Source of the DNA: Camelus ferus
Lineage: Eukaryota
Direction: 5' to 3'
Assembly (NCBI RefSeq): GCF_009834535.1
Contig: NC_045696.1
Span: 30,196,001-30,260,000, forward strand
Length of the DNA stretch: 64,000 nucleotides
Within the stretch, counting starts at the first letter, position 1, and every line of letters starts with the position of its first letter. Both the position numbers and the translations under genes were made by a program. Positions 54,590-64,000 of the stretch are shown piece by piece. The notes under the pieces are model-generated. The model saw only the letters and a list, made by a program, of their open reading frames with translations, ran no database searches and was not told the DNA's origin.

Positions 54590-54950
54590 AGAACAATCCT
54601 TTTAAGATGAAAGTGAGACTAGATCATTCCTTCTCTAACCCTTCTGTTGATGATTAACTAGATCAGAGTTAAGTCACAAGTCTTCACATTGACTAAGGGT
54701 CTTACGTTTTCTGGAGCTTTGCTTTCATTCTGGATTCATTTTCAACCACTCTATCCTCACTCACTAGACCCTAGCTATTCTGGCTTCTGCTGTGTCCTTT
54801 GAGTTAGAAGCAGGATCTCATCTCAGAGCTTTGCAAGTTTACTCCTTCAAGGACCACGAGGGCAGAAACAGTCTCGTTTCTTCACTGATGGAATTATATG
54901 CCTAAAATATGCACTAGGATATTGTAGGTAATCATTAATATACATTGAAT
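54590..54950 (+). mobile_element. L2 3' fragment
   Basis: aatccttttaagatgaaagtgaga...ccacgagggcagaaacagtctcgtttcttcactgatg is an L2-type end. Confidence 0.65.
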
Positions 54951-55197
54951 AACTTAAGGAATTATCTCTTGCACTACCTACGTGTAATCTCATCAATATT
55001 TTAGTTCTTTGAGTCATTTAATTCTTAAATGTGTTGCAATAAAAGAAGCATCTCTTTTATCTCATCATTTCATTACTGAAATAAGCCTCACAGAGGTTAT
55101 ATGACTTGCCCAACATTGTTTCTCTTGTAAGATTCAAAGTGAAGAATCATCTTGGACTTGCTTTTCAGTATTTACCCTACTAAATGTTTTTAGAAAA

Positions 55198-55288
55198 AGT
55201 GTGTGTGTGCCTCTGTGTGTGTGCCTTTGTGTGTGTGTGTACGCACGTGCACGCACGCGCGCATGCACACACGCGCGCATGCACACAC
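55198..55288. repeat. Compound (TG)n/(CG,CA)n alternating purine-pyrimidine tract
   Basis: 55228-55288 is 61 bp of uninterrupted R/Y alternation with a 16-bp tandem duplication. Confidence 0.9.
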
Positions 55289-58158
55289 TATGTAAATAAG
55301 GATTTTCTAAAAAGAGACACACATGTCTTCCTGGATCACAACATTTTCTTCGTCAACACGATGCCCGCACGGTAGTGTAGCACTTTTATGATATGATCTG
55401 TAATGAAAAGAATGTCATCATGTACTTACTGAATTTTGATAAAATTTTACTTGCCAATAATTTTGGGGAGGAAGAGGGTGGAAATGCCCAGCAAGTGTGT
55501 AATATAGTTCAGTTTTTTCTTTCTTATAATAAAGAAAAAAAATTCTTCTGTGGAGAATAACAGATCATCATATTCATAATTGAAAAATGTGGACTGTGAA
55601 GCAGATATCCTTCACATTCACCATTCACTTCGGAGACAAAGAAAATACTCTAAGTAGATTTCTCTCAGATAAATAGAATATTAATTCTGCCTAGTTGTAC
55701 AGAAAGAAGACCGTTATTTCTGAAAATTACACAAAATCCATTATTTTAAAAGGCTGCAAAACAATAATGAAATCACAATGCTAAAAACCCATTCATGATT
55801 GTAACGTCAGTTTGAAGAATCAAAATTCCCAAGAACTCTAGAACCACTTGGGAGTAAGAGAAAAATAAGTTTACTTCAAATTTGTAAAACATGTTGCTCT
55901 AATCTAATATGGTGCTTTTTCTTTTCTTTTCTTTTTTTTTTTTTGAAACTTTAATTTAATTTTATTAACTACTAAAATGAGATTTTATGAAACCACTCTA
56001 AGACTGATTTTCTGACTTGCTACTGGATATTTCACTTGCAAAACCAACAGATGATTCAAATTTAACCTGATCAGAATGAAAAAAAAAATCAAATTACTCC
56101 CCTGTTCAAATTTTTCAGTCTCCCTAATAATATACAATATCTGAACTCCTGAATATATTTACTATTACCTCTATATGTGAATCCAACTTTGTGTACCTTT
56201 TGAGCTGGTAGCTTCTTACTAATCAGCTAATTAAAGTTGATACATCATTCATAGAGGGAAAAACAGCAGCAAAATAAAGTAAAAAAAAAAAAAATTGGTC
56301 CTAAAATTCCATAGATTTTGTTGGCTAAATAAGAGTTTTCAGAAATTAAAAGACACTAGTCTTTTTTGTAGAGAACTATAGTGATGTCATTTGAATGTCA
56401 AACTCAAGCTAAAAAAAAAAAAAAGTCACGTTTGGATGTAGAGCAAGTCTTTGCTAAGGACAGGATTTAATATGCTGTAAGTAGCCTCATTTAAGCTCTT
56501 CTGACTCTTGATTTGAAATTTCTCTTCCTATAATCTCTTGTTATATCTAGGATAAAAAAAATGTTCTGACTCTGTGGGTGGGCTAAGTGCTGATGATATA
56601 ACTGTGGAGTTTTAATTGCTAACTTCAAAAAAAAAGTTTGTATAAGTAAGTCTCTAATGACCTTATAAAGTCATTAAAAATCTCTGCGGCAAATATATAG
56701 ATCTTTTAGAATTTAATACATCACTTCTGTTATGTATTTATTTGCCATTCCACTATGAATCTGACAAATATACCACTACATATGTTTCAGAGGATTTGCA
56801 GACTATGACATATAGGAGTGTCTATTTGTTTTACAATAAGTGATATAAGTAGCACATTTTTAGATAATTAATACTTTTATAATTCTTTTTATAATAGTTT
56901 AAATTTTGGGTAAATTAACAGTGAAATTAGATTCTATATGCTGATTACCAACCAGTGGTTTTCCTCTGAAATTTTATTCTCATTCTAAGAGTCATGCAAG
57001 GAAAAAAAGTAGAGACATGCATCCCCCTTTTTTTTTTTTTTTTGTCTACCGAAGGTTCATGTGCAGATAGAAAACACTCAAAATAAAATTTAAGCTAGAT
57101 ATTAGAAAGTTTAGACCTGAAAGTCAGAGGACAGAGAAGGTTTGATTGTCCCTATTGTTTCATAGGAATAAAATTTTGAAGCTACAGAATGCTTTTTAAA
57201 AAAATAATCCATTTAATTTTCTTTACTAGTTAAACTGACATATTTTGCTTTTATTGTTAAACTCAATTATGAGAAACTATCAACAAATGATAGTCTTTGA
57301 AAATTCATTAGAGTAATTCATTTCATTGAAAATAATCTATCAAATATCATCTCTCTTTTTAAATCATATTTTCCAGATACCCCCAAGAAAGCATCACTCT
57401 TCTACCGTATACCCTTTTTGAGTTGTCTATCATATCATACTAGCAGTAATATGAAGTTACTAAGTGAACCAGATATTGAACCTGAAATTTTTGACAAGGT
57501 AAATATAGGGCTGTCATCTTAAATATATGGCACTCAGGGTTCAGCAAAGCATTCAGGTTATGGAAACCACATGCAGTCACATACATAGCCAAGGTCCCAC
57601 AATGCCAGGAGATGAGAAGTCTATTGATTTTCAAGTTCACAACACTGCTGGCATGTCTGCATTTTCTTCCTAGGTAGGATTTAGTACCTTCTCCTAGGAT
57701 CAATACTTCCTTTGGTCAGTAAATGAAGTTCATTCTCTTTAATAGTTATGAGATAGTGAAAACAAACTAGCATATAATCAAATACTAACCTAAGAGGCGA
57801 AAAGATGATTATGATAAATGATAAACAGTGATGTTGGCTATCATTATTGTTTCTGAGATCCTGTGGGGAAAGTTTAAATGTTTATTAGCCTATAACTTTA
57901 TTCTATCATTTGTCCACCTTGTGGTCCTTTTCTACTTTTCTTACTTTAATAGTATGGAAACTTTGGTTACTTTGAAGCAACTTTGTATAGGCCTGGCTCC
58001 GTGCTAGCTTACGTGCTCCCTACTTGAACCAGTCCTCTCATTTGTCTCAGGAATTCAAATTCCAATTCAAAAGCTACCACATAACTAAATGCTCCATAGG
58101 TTTGTTGAATGAATTATCAAAAGAATAGGTATTGTAGATGTTTACTGCATATTTTTTT

Positions 58159-58358
58159 TAATTTCAGAGTTTTTGTTTATTTGTTTATTTTTTAATTGAG
58201 GTGTACTCTGTTTGCAATGTTGTGTCAATTTCTGGTGTACAGTTTCAGTCAGACATGTATATACATATATTGCTTTCATTATTTTTTCATTTCTGTTATA
58301 GGTTACTACAAGATATTGAATACAGTTCCCTGTGCCATAGAGTATGAACTTGTTGTTT
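58159..58358 (-). mobile_element. Short (~200 bp) cetartiodactyl-type L1 3' end
   Basis: Homologous to 34280-34480. Flanked by the direct repeat tgtttactgca(tat/gac)tttttt at 58139 and 58354. Confidence 0.88.
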
Positions 58359-58919
58359 ACTGCAGACTTTTTTCTTTCCTTCAGAAATTGAGATGTCAAT
58401 TTACCGTCATAAAAGTCAGAACAGGAGTACCTGAAAGGTACAAGTGCTCAAGAAATAGAGAATTCCTTGTAACATTTTATCAAACATTAACTTAAATAAT
58501 CCTGTATGGATGCTTTTCTTGGTGATTTATTAACAAGGGAGGATCTTAAACCACCTTCTGGCATTTGTCTACTTACTACAGGAGGCCATTTAACCTGTAG
58601 ACATTGGTGTATCCTTAATGATTATTTATAGACATGATCTTTCCGATTTGTTCATGCCCATGGTGCTGCAGCAGCTACAGATTCATGTTTGCCCATTATC
58701 AGATGTTAGATACACAGTGATTACAAACTAACTTAGTGCTAATCAAAATAGAACACAGTTAACAATTTCAATCATTTTTTAGAATAATGCAATCAAATCC
58801 AAGGTTCAGGGTAGGATTACATGTAAAATGTGCCACTTCCTTCTTTCATTAGTGTTGATAACAGGAGTTGATTATTATTTATTTATTTATTTTTGCTATG
58901 AAATGAAGAAAAAGTAGAT

Positions 58920-59620
58920 CTGGTTAAACAGGACAGGGTCCTGAGTAGAGGGCAATGTGCAGAGCTACACAGAGGTATGTGGATCAGCCTCCTTGAGAAG
59001 GTGGAAGGAAGTCAGTCAGGGGATTATATGGAGAGAGGACATCCCAGCAGAAAGACCATTTAGAGTGGAATACCTGGAGTGAAGTATGTGCATCGGTGGT
59101 TAGGGACAGGAAGAGGAAGAAGCTCAGAGTGTAATGAGATAGAGTTCAAGAGAAGAAAAAAGTCTAGATCATGTAGGAGTTTGCAGAGCATTGCAAGGAC
59201 TTAGGTTATTACTGTGAGTTGACTCAAGAGAGGTTTGACAGAAAGAAGTTATAGGGCCTAACCAACTTAGATCTTTTGTGTGCTTTCCTTGTCTTGAGGA
59301 AGTCGAGGATAGCTGTGCAGAGTCCCGTTTGGAGCTTATTCCTATTATCAAGCTAGAGATGCTGCTGCTCTGGACCAGGGTGGGAGCAATTGAGGTAGCG
59401 TGAATTGTTTGCTTTATGGATGAATTATAAATCTAGAGTCAATGGCATTTCCTGCAAGTCTGGGTATGGAGTGTAAGAGAGGAAAATATTTCAAGGAAAG
59501 CTTTAAGTTCTCTGACTTGAGCAACTGAAATGATAAAATTCCATATAAGTCAAGGTATCTGGGAAGACTGTGGATGCAAGAGTGTTTTTGGAGAGGAAGA
59601 TCGGGAATTCAGTCTAAAGC
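58920..59620 (-). mobile_element. L2 remnant
   Basis: agatcatgtaggagtttgcagagcattgcaaggacttagg; ggaccagggtgggagcaattgagg; tgacttgagcaactgaaatgat. Confidence 0.7.
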
Positions 59621-59824
59621 CTGATATAATATTAGTTATCAAAAAATATTCTGTTTGCAAAAGTAACCAATAATCCTGATAGAAAAATACAAAAAAAAAG
59701 TAGAAGGAAATAAAATTCTTTATATTTCTGTCACCCAGGAATTACAATGGAGAATGTACTGTGAGAGAAAGTGTATGTTTTGGCGTATCGCCAATATAAT
59801 TGCAAGTTGAAAAGTATGTGTGGG

Positions 59825-61637
59825 AGGAGTGACATCAGAAAGGGGCCGATTGAGAAGTTCCCTATTGTTCCCCAACACTGACTTAAGAACACTCTTAAGT
59901 TATATAAATATATCTATATAAATATAAAGATATAAAATATCTTGAGGAGAACTCCAGAAATCAGTTAAGAAGTTGCAATACCACAGGTAGGTGCAGAGCT
60001 GAGAATAGCCACATTAAAACGGATAAAAGCAACTTTTTCTCTTTACCCATTATTGCCCCGATCCCAACCTGGTACATTTCAGTCCGGGTTGCAGCTTCTC
60101 CCCTGTGAGGAAAGAGAAGCGTGGAATGTGTGTTCTACATTCTGACTGCCTGAGGGATCAGTTTCTCTTTCACCTGACCTGGAACCTGAATGGAAACGGC
60201 ATCATTTTCGATGTCTGTGAGCTGCAGAAACAAGGAAGAGCACACGTGGCTGGCTGTGGCACCAAAGGAACCTCTGTACCACAGACAGCAGTTGGCATAG
60301 CTCAGGGAGATTCTGAGAAGGCACTCAACTTGTGGCTTCTCCCACAGGGAGGGGAAAAGGGGAGCATGTGTCCTGTGTCCTGGCTTTTGGAGAGCTTCTG
60401 AAGGGAGTAGGATCTGTCCTGACTGACTCAGATGCTGACAGGCAGCCAGCAAACTTTTGAAGTGTGGGGGACACTGAGGACAAAGATGAGCAGGGTGGGT
60501 TGCTGCTGTAGCTCCAAAGAAGCTGCGATTCTGCAGACAGACACCAGTGAAAGCAAGACTACATGCTCTTGAGAAAGAAACCAGCAAACCTAAGTGGGGA
60601 ATTATATGTGTAAGTCCAGACTGTGGTTATACAAACCCACAGAAGATTTCAGATGCCCCTATCTCTAGCCAGATTGATTGGTGAAAAGTCCCTGTGTACA
60701 AAGCCAGTTCACAGAAAAGGAAACAATCAACAGAGTGAAGAGGAAAACCAGGAATTGGAGAAAATATTTGTAAACCATATTTTGATAAGGCATTAGTATC
60801 CAGAATATGTGAAGAATGCCTGTAACTCAATAACAAAACAACCAAAAACCTGATTTAAAAATGGGCTAAGGAATTGAATAGATTTTTCTCCAAAAAATAT
60901 ACAAATGGCCAACAAGCATATGAAAAGATGCTCAACATGACAAGTCATCAGGGAAACACATATCAAAACCATGATGAGATATCACTTCACATTCATTAGG
61001 GTGGATAATACTAAAAAAAAGTGCTGGTGAAGATGTGGAGAAATTGGAACACTTGTGCACTGTTGGTAGGATTATAAAAGGGTGAAGCTGCTATGGATAA
61101 TTATTAGACGTTCCTCAAAAAATTAAAAATAAGGCTACCATATGATCCAACAATCCTATTCTGGGTATATATTCAAAGCAATTGAAAAAAAAAGGTTTGA
61201 AGAAATATTTGCATACCCATGTTTATTGCAGCATTAGTCACACTAGCCAAGACATGAAAGTATCCTACATCTACATGGAATAGATGAGAAGAGTATGATA
61301 TACTTACAGAATGGAATAGTATTCAACCATAAAAAAGAATGAACTCTTGTGCTACAACGATGGATGAATCTTGAGGACATTATGCTAAGTGAAATAAGTC
61401 AGTGACATTAAGACAAATATTGCATGATTCCATTTATATAAGTTATCTAAGGTAATCAAACTCATAGAGACAGGAAGTAGAATGCTAGTTTCTATGGGCT
61501 GGACAAACAGGGAAATGGTGAATTGTTTCATGAGTATAGAGTTTCAGTCTTGGAAGATGGAAAAGTTCTAGAGATTTTTTTATATAACAATGTGTATACT
61601 TAACAATACTCTAAAAGATTTTAAAAATTAAAAAAGA
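59825..61637 (+). mobile_element. L1MA/L1M2-type element: 5'UTR joined directly to the ORF2 3' end and 3'UTR
   Basis: Starts gagtgacatcag (L1 5' start-like), with a GC-richer 5'UTR to ~60708. Then aaggaaacaatcaacagagtgaagagg (late ORF2) and an L1MA/MB 3'UTR. Confidence 0.82.
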
Positions 61638-62080
61638 ATAGATCATGTATAAAATTCCATGTCTTTAAATATGTTTCCACAACTATATTTGGATGGACAG
61701 ATTATCCCATTATATGGATATGCCATATTTTGTTTATACATGCTTTAAATAGTGGATTTTTTTCTATTCTCAAGTGTTTACAATTAAAACTAAAACTGTA
61801 CTAATTCTTATACTTAATGATTTTTGTTTATCTCTGACACTTCTCTTAGTGTACTTACAATTCTATCAGTCCCCAAACTCCTTTCATGTAGCATATATTT
61901 CATAATGCTTCCTTTCTTATCCTGAAATGAAATTCACACATATGTTAAGAGAACACAAACAATGTTTAAAAGTTTGTATGATATCATAATACAACATAAT
62001 GGAGAAATAAAGAGAAGACAAGTTTTACTGAAATAATATAAATGTAAATACGTAAATGCTTGAGAATGATACACTAGAAC

Positions 62081-62298
62081 ATAGGTGTGCACACTTTTCC
62101 ATAAAGGGCCAGATGCTAATAATTTTTAGCCTTGTCATCCATGTAGTCTCTGTTGTAACTACACAAGTCTGGTATTGTAGCACAAAAGAAAGCCATAGAC
62201 AATGCAAATGAATGAACACTGCCATGTTCCAGTAAAATTTTATTTGCATTTAGATGGCACACTTGATTTGGCCCAAGAACTTAGTTTGCCAATCTCTA
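62081..62298 (+). mobile_element. MER58A hAT-Charlie MITE
   Basis: acttttccataaagggccagatgctaat...aaagccatagacaat...gttccagtaaaattttattt...tagtttgccaatctct. Confidence 0.88.
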
Positions 62299-63389
62299 TA
62301 CAAAAAAATATATAATTGAACAGTCAACTGTTTGCATCCACATGTGAAATGATTGCAAATTCAAGAACTCAAAATAAATGATAGAAGTGTGTATGTGTGT
62401 GAGTGTGTGTGTTGACAACTCAAAAAACATCAGCAGCATTGCTGATGACACTCCTGATATTTTGAAATTGGGATACTTGGTAAAGTTCTGAACCAAATAA
62501 AGTACGAATTGTATTCATAGTCTTTTTAGCCACATGAATACTTGGAACCATATCAATTATTGTGTCAACTAAAAATAATTCTGCACATTTCCAAAATGTT
62601 CCCTCCACATTAGTACCACCCTTCTGGAAACCTTCTTTTTGATTAAATTGTTGAAAGTGGAAATTCTGTATCAAAAAATAACTTTTAATTATTATTTGCT
62701 TATACAAAAAACATAGGAGAACTTATTCTTCTTTTTGAGCTAGAGAATAAGATTATAACTTTCTTAAGATTTTATGACTTGAAGAAAGGGTTGTTTATAC
62801 CAATTTGTTTCACACAGCACTTACCTAACTTTGCCAGATCTGGTACTTAACAGTCATATAAATTTATTAAAAAAAAAAAAGTCTTACTTCATTTATCAAT
62901 TAACATTTTGAATTAAAAGCCATTTTATTTACAAGTGTAAATCTAATTCTGATAAATAGAGCTATATTCCTAATGTAACATATAGTTACTTATATTTTAG
63001 ATCTTAAGCAGAAATAACCACTAATAAATATTCCATCTCTTCTCACCTATTATAATTTACTATTAGAATATTTTCATAGTTTCTGGAAATAAACACAGTT
63101 CTACTGAGATAGTTCAATGTGTGATAATTATACACAGTTTAATTAGGTGAATCAAGATCACCAGGATTATAATCCATTAAAGGGTTTTGAAAATATCATT
63201 ACAAAGCAGAGTAAGTTGTGAACATGTTTATAATGACATCAAAACCTTGATACTATACTGTGGGTTTGCTCAGTGTACACCCACTTTAATTGAAACTTGC
63301 TATAAAAATGGTTATTTCTAAGAAATTTTTACTCAGTATGAATTCATTTCTGCATAAACATTTTGAGCATTGCAGTTATAGATAAGTTT

Positions 63390-64000
63390 AATGATCCTTC
63401 AGCCTTTTGTCATTTTCTATAATATTCATGTTTTTGAAGATTGTGGGCCATTGTTGTGTATATGTCTCTCAATTTGGGTTTGTCAGATTTATTATTATCA
63501 GCAGTCAGATTTGAACTGCAACAGAGGATAATTTTCATTATGTTTATTCTTTGTTGGTATGGAATCACACTATTGATCTGACTCTAAATGTAAGACCATT
63601 CTTTGATTTTTAATTTTTCAATTTCATTTTGTTATTTTCTTTAATCAACTCTCCTTTGTTCTTCCCAATACTCCTCATAACATGAGCTCCATTAGGGTAG
63701 CTATTTTTACTGTCCTGACTAGTGTTTTATCCCCTTAGACAAATGACTACATATACTTCCTCATGACTAGAGTCAGATTATATATTTTTGGCAGGAATAA
63801 ATGTTGTGTTCCCAGTGCATCTCGTTCTAAAGGCACATTGTATCAATTTGCCCCCTCATTGGTGATGTTAATTTTGATTACTTGGTCAAATGGGCTCACC
63901 AGGTTTTACACTATAATATTAAATTTACACTATAAAATTTTTCTCTTTGCAATTAATACAAAAGATATGGGAAATGCTTCTAGACTATGTAAATATTGTG
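63390..64000 (-). mobile_element. Old L1 3'UTR (L1MC4/5- or L1ME-like) fragments
   Basis: atttttggcaggaata...cagtgcatc...ggtgatgttaattttgattacttggtcaa. Confidence 0.6.

Noticed and set aside
57451..57505. ATG...AAG|gtaaat mini-exon MKLLSEPDIEPEIFDK
   Set aside because: The sequence resembles a decayed MIR core, and there is no promoter or partner exon.
60135..60587. 150-aa ORF, the longest in the track
   Set aside because: It is antisense to a GC-richer L1 5'UTR and has a TTG start.
1..64000. CRISPR arrays, prokaryotic operons, non-retroviral viral inserts, NUMTs
   Set aside because: No regularly spaced repeats, no long ORFs, and no recognisable viral or mitochondrial sequence. Very decayed inserts cannot be excluded without a translated search.

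Overview
AT-rich, CpG-depleted mammalian genomic DNA, either intergenic or deep intronic. I recognise no known protein-coding exon, tRNA, rRNA or miRNA. Nearly all ORFs in the supplied track are L1 remnants, antisense shadows or low-complexity artefacts. The window is dominated by interspersed repeats: L1 of several ages (two internally deleted copies; three younger 5'-truncated copies with TSDs), L2, MIR, CR1/L3, MaLR/ERVL LTRs, two ERV1-type solo LTRs with 4-bp TSDs, and hAT MITEs. The cetartiodactyl-type L1 3' ends and the apparent absence of ruminant, pig, cetacean or primate SINEs suggest a camelid (inference). Repeat family names come from recalled consensus sequences and need RepeatMasker confirmation. 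I found no clearly demonstrable new biological system. The best leads are: (i) a minus-strand TATA box inside an inverted ETS pair followed by a clean 84-nt intron (about 40.3-40.8 kb); (ii) a ~320-bp segment (42.8-43.1 kb) whose translation keeps kinesin-motor-like motif spacing; (iii) R-region hairpins starting at the predicted +1 of both solo LTRs.
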